A stretch of DNA of 64,000 nt, taken from NCBI GenBank assembly GCA_963793425.1, contig CAWCAG010000005.1, forward strand, positions 352,001 through 416,000, in the 5' to 3' direction. The notes beneath the pieces are model-generated. The model was given only the letters and a program-made list of their open reading frames with translations, had not been told where the DNA came from and did no database searches. Below, in pieces: positions 44,374 through 55,923 of this stretch. Each line of letters begins with the position of its first letter. The stretch's first letter is position 1. This stretch comes from an uncultured cyanobacterium. GTDB lineage: Bacteria; Cyanobacteriota; Cyanobacteriia; Cyanobacteriales; CAWCAG01. The position numbers were made by a program, and so were the translations under genes.

Positions 44374-44739
44374 ATGAGTAAAGTTTTGGTTGTAGAAGAC
44401 AGCCTTGCCCAACGACAAATGATCTCAGACCTCCTCAAAGGCAGTGGTTTAAACGTCACTGTGGCCAGTGATGGTGTGGAAGCCTTAGAGCAGATTCAAC
44501 ACATTAGTCCTGATCTGGTAGTGTTGGATATCGTTATGCCTCGGATGAATGGTTACGAGGTCTGTCGAAGACTCAAAGCCGACCCCAAAACCCAGGATGT
44601 ACCAGTAGTAATGTGTTCTTCCAAAGGTGAAGAATTTGACCGCTATTGGGGCATGAAGCAAGGAGCTGATGCTTATATAGCCAAGCCTTTTCAGCCAACG
44701 GAGTTAATTGGTACCGTCAAACAACTGCTCAGGGGATAA
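44374..44739 (+). CDS. pilH: CheY-like response regulator
   Basis: Single REC domain, DRYWGMKQGADAYIAKPF. Confidence 0.85.
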   Translation: MSKVLVVEDSLAQRQMISDLLKGSGLNVTVASDGVEALEQIQHISPDLVVLDIVMPRMNGYEVCRRLKADPKTQDVPVVMCSSKGEEFDRYWGMKQGADAYIAKPFQPTELIGTVKQLLRG

Positions 44740-44760
44740 ATAGGAAAAAGGAAGGAAAAT

Positions 44761-45294
44761 ATGGTCGGCAATCCAGACTTTTTGACCGATAGTGGGCAAC
44801 AAGATCTTACCCAAGATATTCAGGAACTAGAAACCCCTGAAGGAGAACTGCACCTGAGATTTTATATCGCTTCTGGTCAAGAATTTGCCTTACCGGCTAT
44901 GGGAATCAAAGAAGTAATTGCCCAACCCCTTGATTGGGTTACTCCTATTCCCAACATTTCTCCTCTGTTGCTGGGAACAGTAAATTTGAGGGGGCAAGTA
45001 ATTTGGGTTGCTGATCTTGGTCAATTTTTAGGGGATACAACAGCTCTCAACACTGAGCGACCAGAAATAATGGTTATTGCTATCGAAGACCAAGAAAGTA
45101 TTCTCGGATTAGCGATTGATGAAATTAACTGTATGGATTGGCTAGATATTGAGCAAACCCAAATGCCCACAAATGTTCCTGATAGTATGCTGCCCTTTGT
45201 ACCTAGAGAATGGGTTTTAAATGAAAATTCTCAACATACTTTAGGGTTGCTAAACCAGATAGCTATCTTACGCTCTGCAAGGTGGGCCGCGTGA
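44761..45294 (+). CDS. pilI: CheW-like adaptor
   Basis: TPIP...LLGTVNLRGQVIWVADL. Confidence 0.85.
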   Translation: MVGNPDFLTDSGQQDLTQDIQELETPEGELHLRFYIASGQEFALPAMGIKEVIAQPLDWVTPIPNISPLLLGTVNLRGQVIWVADLGQFLGDTTALNTERPEIMVIAIEDQESILGLAIDEINCMDWLDIEQTQMPTNVPDSMLPFVPREWVLNENSQHTLGLLNQIAILRSARWAA

Positions 45295-45474
45295 AACAGA
45301 GCAGATTGATATTGATCAGCATCTTGATATTTAAAATAAACTTATTTTATGTGCTTCTAGGATTTTGTCTGTAGCCAGTCATGATTAGGTCAGTGGCAAA
45401 AGCCCTAGAATAGACGGAATAACAAAACTGACAACTGGTAACAGATGAAGGCTCAGCGGATGAGGATAAGGTAA

Positions 45475-48402
45475 ATGCGCTCAAGTACTGACTACGAACA
45501 TGAATACGGGCAAGCCGCAAAAGCATACGCTCAAGGCAAATATGAAGAAGCTGCGCAAATGATTGACCTTTTAGCAGCAGATTTTCCAGAAGAAGCGAGC
45601 GCCGCTTTACTGCGAGGTCATACCTACTATGCTTTACAACAGTATGATGTAGCAAAAGAACAATATGAATTAGTTCTTCAACTCAGTGAAGAACAAGAAT
45701 ATCTAGAATATGCTAGTAATGGCTTAGAGTCTATAGGCGAAATTCAAGCTCAAGGAGAAGAAGACTTTCCTAATAACAACGGTATGGCAGCAGATACGGC
45801 GGCTATGCCAGAATCTGATACTCCTGAGATTGAAAATGACTACTCTTTAGAAGAAGAGAACTTAGAAGACTATCAAGATTTGCCAGCAGAAGGAGAGGAA
45901 CAACTTCTTAGTGCTGAGGATAACTTTGATCTTGGTAGCTTTGATTTCAGTGAAGATGATTTTAGTGCCGATTCTTTAGCTGATTTACCCTCAGAATCAG
46001 AACAGGCTTCGAGTCCTTTTGGCGATGCTGAGGCTAATAATTTTAGCCCCTCTGGGGATGACTATGAGAATTTAGAAGATACAAGTAACCCTTTTGCTTC
46101 TGAAGAGGCGCTGAATGAAACTTGGCAACAAGACGGAGAAGAAGCACCTTTTGATAATGGTTTCTCCCTGGATGAAAGTTTTAGCGATAGCACCCTACAG
46201 GAAGAAGAGAACATTTTTGATGAGCTTCCTGAAGATAATTCAAGTGCCACCTTTGTTATTCCCCCCAACGGTAGTTTTGAGCAAAACCCTGGCTTAGAAG
46301 ATTTTCCCCCAGAGTTTGATGCTCAAGCAGAAGAAACCTTTGAGGAGATTGCTGCTGAACCAACTCCTTCTGGAAACTCTCAGCCTCAAAATTTCCAAGA
46401 AACCCTCCTCATGTCTTCTGGAGAATTGCAAGATACATTTGAGCAAGAAGGGGAAAATTTAGGTCATTTCAATGAGCAAGAATTAGATCAAGCAGAACAA
46501 TTTTTAGAAGACTCCTACCATAATTCAGAAGGAAATGGCTCTAGCTCCCAAGAGGACTTTGACAGTTTTCAAGACTTTGATAGCGCTTTTGGGGATGATT
46601 CTTTCTCTGTAGAGCAAGAAAATGGTTTTGTTTCAGGAGATAGTCCTGATGAGCAGAGTGAAGCTGGAGGTTTTCTAGAAGAATTTGATGTCTTCAATGA
46701 TGATCTTGGTAGTGTTCCCTTTGATATGCCAGAAGTTGATAGTGCCAGTATGGGCAGTAGTGGTGATCTGGCTGATTCAAGTTTTGATTTTGATAGCCAA
46801 CCGAGTCTAGCTTCTTCAGGAGTTCATGCTGCTCAAGAAAATACTGCGAGTGGTGAAGGCTTTGGTATTACTGATACTCCAGCTAATGTAGCCACTAATT
46901 TTACTAGCCCCACAGAACTTGAGGTAGAACCGAGTATTCAAGGAGAACAAGGATTACTGGGGTTCTATGAAAACGCTCCTTTAGAAAAGAAGAATTTGCT
47001 CCAGGCTTTAATTGCCGGGGGAGTTTCTATGATTGCTGTGGCCACAGTTAGTTTTGGGGCTGCTAATCTTGCTCCTGAAGATAGTAAAGCTACGGTAATT
47101 CCTTACTTAAGAGGAGCTGGGTTGGTAACTACTCTCATTGCTGGGGTAGCTGGTTTTGGTACAACTTGGTTTTTAGGTCAAAAAACAGCTAAGCAAATCA
47201 AAAGAGCTACCAATGATTTACAAGGACAATTTGACTCAGTGTGTCAGGGTAATCTTAATGCCAAGGCAACAGTTTACACTGAAGATGAGTTTGGACGCTT
47301 AGCAGCAGGCTTTAACCAAATGGCTAGGGTGATTTTGACCACCACTAGCGAAGCTCAGCGTAAAGCAGATGAACAAGAGCAACAAAAGGAAGATTTACAA
47401 CGGCAAGTTATTCGCTTACTTGATGATGTAGAAGGTGCAGCTAGAGGAGATTTGACTGTCCAAGCAGAGGTTACAGCAGACGTATTAGGAGCGGTAGCTG
47501 ATGCTTTTAACTTAACAATTCAAAACCTCAGAGAAATTGTCCAACAGGTTAAACAAGCAGCAAGGCAAGTTAACAAAAACTCTACAGATAGTGAATCTTT
47601 TGCCCGTGGTTTATCTAGTGATGCCCTGCGCCAAGCAGAAGAGTTAGCTGTCACCCTAAATTCGGTGCAAATGATGACTGACTCAATTCAACGGGTGGCA
47701 GAAAATGCCCGTGAAGCTGAGGATGTGGCTCGTTCCGCCTCTTCTACTGCCCTTAAGGGTGGGGAAGCGGTGGAACATACAGTTGCTGGGATTTTACAAA
47801 TTAGGGAAACTGTAGCAGAAACCACCCGTAAAGTTAAGCGCTTAGGAGAGTCATCCCAGAAAATTGGTCAAATTGTCCAGGTAATTGCTCAAATTGCTGC
47901 TAGGACTAACTTACTTGCTCTTAATGCTTCCATCGAAGCAGCTAGGGCAGGGGAAGCGGGTAAAGGTTTTGCGATTGTGGCAGATGAAGTACGTCAGTTA
48001 GCTGATAGATCCGCTAAAGCCTTAAAAGAAATTGAACAAATTGTGCTGCAAATTCAGGGGGAAACTAGCTCTGTAATGACAGCAATGGAAGAAGGTACAC
48101 AACAAGTTATTGATGGTACAAAACGGGCAGAACAAGCTAAGCGCTCCTTAGAAGATATCGTACAAGTATCTAATCGTATTGATGCTTTAGTCCGCTCCAT
48201 TGCCGCAGATACCGTAGAACAAACGGAAACCTCCAAAGCTGTTGCTCAGGTTATGCAATCTGTAGAACTAACAGCCCAAGAAACTTCTCAAGAATCTCAA
48301 CGAGTTTCTTCTGCTTTACAAAACTTAGTTACCATTGCTAGAGACTTATTATCAGGGGTAGAACGCTTCCGGGTAGAAGCTACTGATAATAAAAAGAACT
48401 AA
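45475..48402 (+). CDS. pilJ: Methyl-accepting chemotaxis protein with N-terminal TPR and acidic linker
   Basis: [35 protein letters not shown] domains. Confidence 0.9.
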   Translation: MRSSTDYEHEYGQAAKAYAQGKYEEAAQMIDLLAADFPEEASAALLRGHTYYALQQYDVAKEQYELVLQLSEEQEYLEYASNGLESIGEIQAQGEEDFPNNNGMAADTAAMPESDTPEIENDYSLEEENLEDYQDLPAEGEEQLLSAEDNFDLGSFDFSEDDFSADSLADLPSESEQASSPFGDAEANNFSPSGDDYENLEDTSNPFASEEALNETWQQDGEEAPFDNGFSLDESFSDSTLQEEENIFDELPEDNSSATFVIPPNGSFEQNPGLEDFPPEFDAQAEETFEEIAAEPTPSGNSQPQNFQETLLMSSGELQDTFEQEGENLGHFNEQELDQAEQFLEDSYHNSEGNGSSSQEDFDSFQDFDSAFGDDSFSVEQENGFVSGDSPDEQSEAGGFLEEFDVFNDDLGSVPFDMPEVDSASMGSSGDLADSSFDFDSQPSLASSGVHAAQENTASGEGFGITDTPANVATNFTSPTELEVEPSIQGEQGLLGFYENAPLEKKNLLQALIAGGVSMIAVATVSFGAANLAPEDSKATVIPYLRGAGLVTTLIAGVAGFGTTWFLGQKTAKQIKRATNDLQGQFDSVCQGNLNAKATVYTEDEFGRLAAGFNQMARVILTTTSEAQRKADEQEQQKEDLQRQVIRLLDDVEGAARGDLTVQAEVTADVLGAVADAFNLTIQNLREIVQQVKQAARQVNKNSTDSESFARGLSSDALRQAEELAVTLNSVQMMTDSIQRVAENAREAEDVARSASSTALKGGEAVEHTVAGILQIRETVAETTRKVKRLGESSQKIGQIVQVIAQIAARTNLLALNASIEAARAGEAGKGFAIVADEVRQLADRSAKALKEIEQIVLQIQGETSSVMTAMEEGTQQVIDGTKRAEQAKRSLEDIVQVSNRIDALVRSIAADTVEQTETSKAVAQVMQSVELTAQETSQESQRVSSALQNLVTIARDLLSGVERFRVEATDNKKN

Positions 48403-48441
48403 TAGTCACTAGCTAGCACTCTGGTTTTGGCGCTTTAGCCA

Positions 48442-49296
48442 ATGGCTAATGGAGATAAACATAAATTACGCTATGAAGTTAAAACCAAAGGAGTAGAAAA
48501 GTTGGCGGTTAGGAAACGACAAACAGGTATAGGAATTTGGCTAGATCGCTTATTTGCAGCAGCCCTTCTAGGAGGGCAAGTTATAGTTCATTTACTGAAG
48601 AGCAAAATTCACCGCCGTAATACCATGGAACAAATGGCAGCAGTGGGGCCAGAATCTTTAACTATTGCTCTGATTACTGCTGGTTTTGTCGGTATGGTAT
48701 TTACTATTCAAGTAGCTAGAGAGTTTATTTATCTTGGGGCAGGAACTGCTGTGGGAGGGGTTCTTTCTTTGGCTTTATCGCGGGAATTAGCTCCTGTATT
48801 AACTGCTGTTGTCTTAGCTGGGAGAGTTGGCTCAGCTTTTGCTGCTGAAATAGGTACGATGCGAGTAACAGAGCAAATCGATGCTTTGTTGATGCTGAAA
48901 ACTGATCCCATTGACTATTTGGTTATACCAAGAGTTGTTGCTTGTTGTTTAATGTTGCCTTTGTTAACGATTCTTTCATTGATTACTGGTATGGCTGGAG
49001 GTTTAGTAATTTCCACTAATTTATATGATATTGCTCCCAAAGTTTTTTTAGATTCAGCTAATAGTTTCCTGGGAGTTTGGGATTTATTTAGTGCTGCTAT
49101 TAAAGGGATGGTTTTTGGTGGACTAATTGCTGTAATCGGTTGTAGTTGGGGCTTGACAACTACTGGAGGAGCCAAAGGAGTCGGACAATCTACCACAACG
49201 GCTGTGGTGACAGCTTTGTTAGGAATCTTTATCACCAATTTCTTTCTATCTTATTTGATGTTCCAAGGTACAGGAAGTGGTGGTGTTGTTGGTTAA
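48442..49296 (+). CDS. mlaE: MlaE/Ycf63 lipid ABC permease
   Basis: RELAPVLTA, AGRVGSAFAAEIGTMRVTEQIDAL, GAKGVG.STT.AVV; true start may be slightly downstream. Confidence 0.9.
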   Translation: MANGDKHKLRYEVKTKGVEKLAVRKRQTGIGIWLDRLFAAALLGGQVIVHLLKSKIHRRNTMEQMAAVGPESLTIALITAGFVGMVFTIQVAREFIYLGAGTAVGGVLSLALSRELAPVLTAVVLAGRVGSAFAAEIGTMRVTEQIDALLMLKTDPIDYLVIPRVVACCLMLPLLTILSLITGMAGGLVISTNLYDIAPKVFLDSANSFLGVWDLFSAAIKGMVFGGLIAVIGCSWGLTTTGGAKGVGQSTTTAVVTALLGIFITNFFLSYLMFQGTGSGGVVG

Positions 49297-49346
49297 TTGC
49301 TAGTTGCTAGTCGGAAACCTTATTTTACCCCTTATCCTTTCTTCTC

Positions 49347-49393
49347 ACTTATTACTTATTACTTATTACTTATTACTTATTACTTATTACTTA
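49347..49393. repeat. Heptamer tandem repeat (ACTTATT)x6+; shorter copy at 26932-26957
   Basis: Direct reading of sequence. Confidence 0.9.
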
Positions 49394-49396
49394 ATT

Positions 49397-50167
49397 ATGG
49401 ATTGGCAAGAAATTTATGGTAGCTGGGTATTAATTCCTCGTCAGCCGATTGGTATTATACACTTCCTCGGAGGTGCTTTTGTGGCTAGCGCCCCTCATGT
49501 GACTTATCGCTGGTTATTAGAACAATTAGGAAAGCAGGGTTATGTGATAGTTGCCACACCTTTTTTGAATACATCATTAGATCATGGTGGAATCGCCAGA
49601 AGTGTACTTAATCGCTTTGAGACAATTACTCAACGCCTAGAAAATCAAGGGATTCTCAGCAAAGGCTACTTACCGATTTATGGTATTGGTCATAGTATGG
49701 GTTGCAAACTTCACTTATTAATTGGCAGTTTATACGCCGTAAAAAGAGCGGGAAATATCCTTATTTCTTATAACAATTATCCGGTACGTCGTGCTATCCC
49801 TTTTATGGATCAGTTTGCTATACCCCAAACTTTTAATGTAGAATTCACTCCATCTCCCGATGAAACTACCGCTATTATTGCTAAAAATTATTGTGTCCGA
49901 CGCAATCTGTTAATTAAGTTTACCCAAGATAATATAGACCAGACTGTAAGCCTAACTCCTGTGTTGCAAAACCTTTTTCCTAATTTAGTTGCTGCCCAAA
50001 CTCTTCCGGGCAATCATTTAACACCTTTAGGGCAAGAAATTAACTGGCAAACAGGAACAGATTTTACCCCTTTAGATGCTATTGGACAGTGGGTTAAGCA
50101 AGGAGCGTTGCGAGATGTTAAACGTCTTAATCAAGAAGTTTCTCGTTGGTTAAATCCTTTGGGTTAA
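49397..50167 (+). CDS. DUF1350-family alpha/beta hydrolase-like protein
   Basis: HFLGGAF, GIGHSMGCKLHLL, GNHLTP; ATG at 49397 (the upstream extension is a translated repeat). Confidence 0.8.
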   Translation: MDWQEIYGSWVLIPRQPIGIIHFLGGAFVASAPHVTYRWLLEQLGKQGYVIVATPFLNTSLDHGGIARSVLNRFETITQRLENQGILSKGYLPIYGIGHSMGCKLHLLIGSLYAVKRAGNILISYNNYPVRRAIPFMDQFAIPQTFNVEFTPSPDETTAIIAKNYCVRRNLLIKFTQDNIDQTVSLTPVLQNLFPNLVAAQTLPGNHLTPLGQEINWQTGTDFTPLDAIGQWVKQGALRDVKRLNQEVSRWLNPLG

Positions 50168-50324
50168 TTGTTATTTCAAAGAAAGAAAAGCTATCAACGG
50201 GAAATGTGTCAAAGAGTTCAAGCTATGGGCGACAACCTCTATGACACACAATCAACAGTAGTGGACAGACTTCATGCAATAAAATCAAACTATCGTTGTC
50301 ATAAAGTTTGCCTACCAATATTAA

Positions 50325-50391
50325 GTAAAGGTGGGCAAAACAATTTTCTTATTAGTTAAAACTAAAGATTATTATTTTTTGCCCACCCTAC
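50325..50391. repeat. REP-like inverted repeat
   Basis: gtaaaGGTGGGCAAAA ... TTTTGCCCACCctac. Confidence 0.65.
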
Positions 50392-50476
50392 AAATCTTCA
50401 TCAATTCGTCAATATCTTGTCAATTTTCATAAAAGATGATTTATCAGTAGTTAAACAACAAAGAGATGAAGTAGAC

Positions 50477-50700
50477 GTTGTTTAAGCAAGATACGAAACG
50501 ATAGGGAACAAAAACATTCCTGAATCGGAGATAGTGAGGGTAACATCTTAGATTCACTATGTAGGTTTCGTAGGGCTTCTATCGCCAGCAAGTGAGGGCA
50601 TAATAGCCAATGGCTACCTGAAGTGCTAAATTTAAAGCGACAATGGGGAAAACCCGAACACAAATGAGGTGGTAATCCCGGATAGAAAGTAACGAGACAA
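50477..50700 (+). ncRNA. Structured non-coding element, possibly a 5' (domain I) remnant of a group II intron
   Basis: Nested stems TACGAAAC/GTTTCGTA and ATAGTGA/TCACTAT, further small hairpins, no credible ORF; family assignment is inference. Confidence 0.4.
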
Positions 50701-50757
50701 TTGTTCAAAATTATATTTAGCAATTATTCATTTAGTTAGGTGAGGGAAAAGAAAGTC

Positions 50758-52743
50758 ATGACCGTATTGGAAAAAGGGAATATTAGTATTCATACAGAGA
50801 ATATTTTTCCCATCATTAAGAAATCTCTGTACACAGACCATGAAATTTTCTTACGAGAGTTAGTGTCTAATAGCGTAGATGCCATCAAAAAGTTGAAGAT
50901 GGTTTCTTTTGCTGGGGAAGTAGATGGAGAATTGCCTGAGCCGGAAATTACCATTACCCTTGATCCGGAAAAGAAAACTCTGGCTATTGCTGATAATGGT
51001 ATTGGGATGACGGCGGAGGAGGTTAAGAAGTATATCAACCAGGTGGCTTTCTCCAGTGCTGAAGATTTTGTGCAACAATATCAAAAAGATGCGGATCAGC
51101 AACTTATTGGTCATTTTGGTTTAGGTTTCTATTCTTCCTTTATGGTGGCTAAACAGGTAGAAATAGATACCCTTTCCCATCGTCCTGGTTCGGAAGCGAT
51201 TCATTGGTCTTGTGATGGTTCCCCTGCTTTTGAAATCTCAGAATCTTCTCGAACTGAACCAGGTACAACAGTTACTCTTACTCTCCACGACGAAGAAGGT
51301 GAGTACGCAGAAGAAGCCCGCATTCGGAATTTAGTTAAGACTTATTGTGACTTTATGCCAGTACCCATTAAGTTGGGGGATGAAGTTATTAATAAACAAA
51401 AGTCTATTTGGCAAGAATCTCCCCAAAACCTTACCAAGGAAGATTATCTAGAATTTTATCGCTATCTTTATCCTTTCCAAGAAGATCCTCTTCTTTGGGT
51501 ACATCTTAAGACTGATTATCCTTTTAACTTAACTGGTATTCTTTACTTCCCTAAGTTAAAAGCCGATGTTGATGTTAATAAGGGGCAGATCAAGCTATTT
51601 TGTAATCAGGTTTTTGTCAGTGATAATTGTGAAGCAATTATTCCAGAGTTTTTACTACCTTTACGGGGGGTAATTGATAGCCCTGATATTCCCCTTAATG
51701 TTTCTCGCAGTGCCTTAACCAACGATCGCACAGTTAGACGCATTACTAATTTCATCTCCAAGAAAATCGGCGATCGCCTCAAATCTCTTTACGATGAAGA
51801 TTACAAAGAGTATCTGCGTTGCTGGCAGGATGTCGGTACTTTTGTGAAGTTTGGGGCTATGCGGGATGAGAAATTTAAAAAGCAAGTGGAAGATATTATC
51901 ATTTTCCCCACCACTTACCAACCAGATACTGTTACGGAAGAGAAGCCCAAGGTAGAGGTAGAAGTACAATCTCAAGAAGGAGATGCTTGGGAAGATGTTT
52001 CTAAGGAGGGGGATGGGGATTCACCTCAAGATCCTTATACAACTTTGCAAGATTATGTAGAAAGGAACAAAGAAAGTCACGAAAATCGCCTTTACTACTG
52101 TAGTGATCCTGTGTCTCAAGCAACCTATGTAGATTTGTATAAAAATCAGGGTTTAGAAGTCCTATTTATGGACTCTTTTATCGACAATAATTACTTCATT
52201 CCTTTTCTGGAAAAAGAATATCCTGAGCTAAAATTCTCTCGCGTTGATTCAGAATTAGAAGATGTTTTAGTTGATAAGGATCAAGCTAATGAAATTGTTG
52301 ATCCTAATACTCAAAAAACCCGCAGCGAGACGATTAAGGAGTTATTTGAAAAGGCATTAAATAATTCTCAAGTAACCATTCGTACCGAATCTCTTAAATC
52401 AGAAGATCCCCAAGGCACTCCTCCGGCGATGGTGATTTTACCCGAAGCTATGCGGCGTTTACAGGAGATGACAGCTTTGATGCAGCAACAGGAAATCGCT
52501 TTCCCCATGCAACATACTTTAGTGGTTAATACTGCCCATCCTTTGATTCAAAATCTGGTCAGCATGAATCAAGGGGCAATTATTCAAGAAGGAGGACAAT
52601 CACCTTCAGGAGAGTTAGCAAATATGATGTGTCAGCACATTTACGACTTAGCTTTAATGGCACAAAAAGGCTTCGATGCAAATGGTATGAAGTCTTTTGT
52701 TGAAAGGTCAAATCAGGTATTGACAAAGTTGACGAATAAGTAA
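50758..52743 (+). CDS. htpG: Chaperone HtpG (Hsp90)
   Basis: IFLRELVSN, DNGIGM, IGHFGLGFYS, PLNVSRS. Confidence 0.97.
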   Translation: MTVLEKGNISIHTENIFPIIKKSLYTDHEIFLRELVSNSVDAIKKLKMVSFAGEVDGELPEPEITITLDPEKKTLAIADNGIGMTAEEVKKYINQVAFSSAEDFVQQYQKDADQQLIGHFGLGFYSSFMVAKQVEIDTLSHRPGSEAIHWSCDGSPAFEISESSRTEPGTTVTLTLHDEEGEYAEEARIRNLVKTYCDFMPVPIKLGDEVINKQKSIWQESPQNLTKEDYLEFYRYLYPFQEDPLLWVHLKTDYPFNLTGILYFPKLKADVDVNKGQIKLFCNQVFVSDNCEAIIPEFLLPLRGVIDSPDIPLNVSRSALTNDRTVRRITNFISKKIGDRLKSLYDEDYKEYLRCWQDVGTFVKFGAMRDEKFKKQVEDIIIFPTTYQPDTVTEEKPKVEVEVQSQEGDAWEDVSKEGDGDSPQDPYTTLQDYVERNKESHENRLYYCSDPVSQATYVDLYKNQGLEVLFMDSFIDNNYFIPFLEKEYPELKFSRVDSELEDVLVDKDQANEIVDPNTQKTRSETIKELFEKALNNSQVTIRTESLKSEDPQGTPPAMVILPEAMRRLQEMTALMQQQEIAFPMQHTLVVNTAHPLIQNLVSMNQGAIIQEGGQSPSGELANMMCQHIYDLALMAQKGFDANGMKSFVERSNQVLTKLTNK

Positions 52744-52753
52744 CAGAAATTAT

Positions 52754-52777
52754 GTAGGGGCGAATGGCCATTCGCCC
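52754..52777. repeat. GTAG-type REP palindrome / terminator
   Basis: gtagGGGCGAATGGCCATTCGCCC. Confidence 0.65.
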
Positions 52778-52812
52778 TTTATTTCGTTCTTTATTTCGTT
52801 CCCTCAATCACT

Positions 52813-54428
52813 GTGCGATCGCTACTTAAACATAAATATTTTCCCATCATCATCGCCTTATTAGGGGGCATCATGATGGGGTTAACTCCTGCCCCCATAG
52901 AAGCCTATGGCTTAGCTTGGGTAGCCTTAATTCCCCTCTGGTTAGTAATAACAACTCCCCAACCCCCCAGCTCCCTAGCTCCCCACTCCCCATAGCAATA
53001 GCCTGGGGCTTCGGCTACCACGGCTTAGCTTTATTTTGGATCACGGGAGTACATCCCATGACTTGGCTGGGTGTACCTTGGTTAGCTAGTTTAGGAATCG
53101 CCATTTTTTGTTGGTTATTTATCACCATGTGGGGGGCTGTTCATGTGGCAACTTGGGCGGTAAGTCTAAGTTTTTTAACTCGCTTTCTCAATAAAGCAAA
53201 TCCCTTACTCTTTAGTATTATCAGGGTAATTCTTGCTGCTGCTTTATGGTGTAGCTTAGAAACTTTGTGGAGTTGGACACCTTTATGGTGGACTTCCCTA
53301 TCCTATACCCAAAGTCCTCACAACTTAGCTATTCTGCAACTAAGTCAATTATCTGGTCCGGCAACAATAACGGCTGCTATCGTAATAGTCAATGGTTTAA
53401 TCGCCGAAAGTTTACTTAATATTCTCCCCATCTCTCCATCTCCCCATCTCCCCATCTCCCCATCTCCCCACAAGAAACTGATTGCCACAGCTATAGTCTT
53501 ATTAACAACCCTGCATCTAATCGGTTGGCAAATGTACCAACGCCCTATTGCCCAGCCAGAAAATGCCGCTATTGAAGTGGGGATTATTCAGGGCAATATA
53601 CCTAATGAAATTAAACTCAATCCCGAAGGTTTACGCAAAGCATTTCAAGGTTATACCAAAGGTTACAAAAACCTTGCTAAACAAGGGGTAGATGTGGTTT
53701 TAACACCGGAAGGGGCTATGCCTTTTAACTGGAATCTCCCTCCCCAAAGAATGCGCCCCCTACAAAAGGAGTTTTACCAAGCCATCCTTTCAGAAGGTAT
53801 TCCCGTTTGGTTAGGGGGATTCCGCTACCAAGGTAAGAGTTACACCAACACCCTATTTACCTTCACAGGAGATGGTGAAATTTATAGCTATTACGATAAA
53901 GTTAACCTTGTACCTTTGGGTGAATATGTTCCTTTTGAGTCCATAATTGGTGGGCTGATACAAAGACTTTCTCCTTTAGATGAACATCAAATTCATGGGC
54001 AACCAAAGCAAATATTTAATACCCCTTTTGGGCAGGCTATTGTGGGAATTTGCTACGATTCTACCTTTGCTAGACATTTTAGGTGGCAAACTGCCCAAGG
54101 GGGAGAATTTGCCCTCACCGCTTCTAACAACGCCCACTATAGCCCAACTATGCCTGCCCAACACCATGCTCAAGATGTGATGCGGGCGATTGAAAGCGAT
54201 CGCTGGATGGCAAGGGCAACAAATACAGGTTATTCCGGTATTGTCGATCCTAGAGGTAATACCCTGTGGTTATCAGGAATTAACACCTATGAGTTACACA
54301 AAGGAAACATTTACAAAAGGCAAACCAAAACCCCATATGTACGATGGGGTGATTGGTTAACCCTTGTTTTGTTATTAATTAGTAGCGTTTTATTGGTGAC
54401 TAAATTAACTAACAACCAAAACTTATGA
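52813..54428 (+). CDS. lnt: Apolipoprotein N-acyltransferase, frameshifted near 52950-52995 as given
   Basis: IQGNI, PEGA, KVNLVPLGEYVP, ICYDS, RAIE..R...RATNTGYS; N-terminal TM segment lies in a different frame. Confidence 0.85.
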
Positions 54429-54639
54429 TATCTTTCGGACTTAAGATTTTCGTTAGGTTAAGAAGTTATCACAATGAATAGATGGCAAGATTTTGATTGC
54501 AATTATCATAGGTAGTGGAAAACAAAGTAGGTGGTTTGCATCTTCAGCAGCCAAAAAAGTAGCGTTGAGGGCGATATTGTAAATCCAACGCTCCAGTAAC
54601 AGTTGAATTGTCCTAGCTTTTGCCAATCTAAACCCTTTG

Positions 54640-54909
<270 letters not shown>

Positions 54910-55013
54910 CTAGGGAGTTGGAGGCAATTGGCAAAGCGTCAACAAGGCTGAAGTGATATGAGTTTTGAATAGCTTTACGAGATTGGTGGCGAAAACAAAA
55001 ATGGCTTAACCGC

Positions 55014-55433
55014 ATGCTGCATAAACATACTATTGAAGAATTGTTGGAGGAAGTAGAAACTCAAGATTGCAAAGTGGCTGAGGAGGTTTTGAGTTCCCTA
55101 ACTAATTTAACTTCCCTTGACTTGATGTTCAACCAAATAGAGGATGTGACTCCCTTAGCTTCCCTGAATAATTTGACTGAGCTTAGGTTGGGCTGGAATA
55201 GAATAGAGGATGTGACTCCCTTAGCTTCATTAACTAGTTTGGATTACCTTAACTTATGGGCAAATGAAATAGAGAATGTTGCTTCATTAGACACCCTGAG
55301 TAATTTGACTCGCCTTGGATTAGGAGGAAATGAAATAAAAAATGTAACTCCACTGTCTCGTTTAACAAATTTAACTTACCTTGGGCTACATGGAAACGAA
55401 ATAGAGAATATTCATCTTACTAGAAAACTATAA
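55014..55433 (+). pseudogene. Internalin-like leucine-rich repeat protein, truncated
   Basis: Five LTNLT.L.L..NQIEDVTPLAS-type repeats; abrupt end. Confidence 0.7.
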
Positions 55434-55564
55434 AGTTCTAGAGCTAAACCTCCTACTCCCCAAGCTAGACAGGTTGCTGCTAAGACAGGCTTCTTTTCTC
55501 TTCCTTGACAAATCTTAAGAATAACTTGGGTTACCAAACAGACCCAATAACTAACTATTTGTTC
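55412..55564 (-). pseudogene. Fragment paralogous to the 55567 membrane protein
   Basis: IVSYWVCL...QGREKKPVLAATCLAWGVGGLA.....FLV aligns to IVTSLLCL...QWREKRFIIAAICLGWAAVNLA.....FLV. Confidence 0.6.
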
Positions 55565-55566
55565 TG

Positions 55567-55923
55567 TTAAACCCCCAACGACTTCAAAACCAGATTTACG
55601 GGTGGAATCAATGTTCTAACTAGGATGACTTTTACCGCTTCTGGTAGGCTTTTAGTTACTCCTACTAGAAAATCATCCATTTTTGGAGCTAAGTTTACCG
55701 CCGCCCAACCTAAACAAATTGCCGCTATGATAAACCTTTTTTCTCTCCACTGAGGATTCCTAAAGACGATTATTACAATAATTAAACACAATAGAGAAGT
55801 TACTATTCCTACAGACAAGTTACCAATGAATTTAAAATCTAGTACTCTGTTGACAGATTGTCGCAACTCTAGTACCGCCATACATATTCTCATTATTGGA
55901 ATAAGTAATAACTTCTGCTCCAA
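55567..55923 (-). CDS. Hypothetical small membrane protein
   Basis: Two hydrophobic segments; adjacent paralogous fragment supports coding status. Confidence 0.5.
   Translation of the reverse strand: MEQKLLLIPIMRICMAVLELRQSVNRVLDFKFIGNLSVGIVTSLLCLIIVIIVFRNPQWREKRFIIAAICLGWAAVNLAPKMDDFLVGVTKSLPEAVKVILVRTLIPPVNLVLKSLGV

Noticed and set aside
45700..46950. Long acidic low-complexity region in the MCP
   Set aside because: Expected feature of PilJ/HmpD-type receptors
49304..49396. LLITYY-repeat N-terminus of the DUF1350 ORF
   Set aside because: Artefact of the ACTTATT repeat upstream of the real ATG
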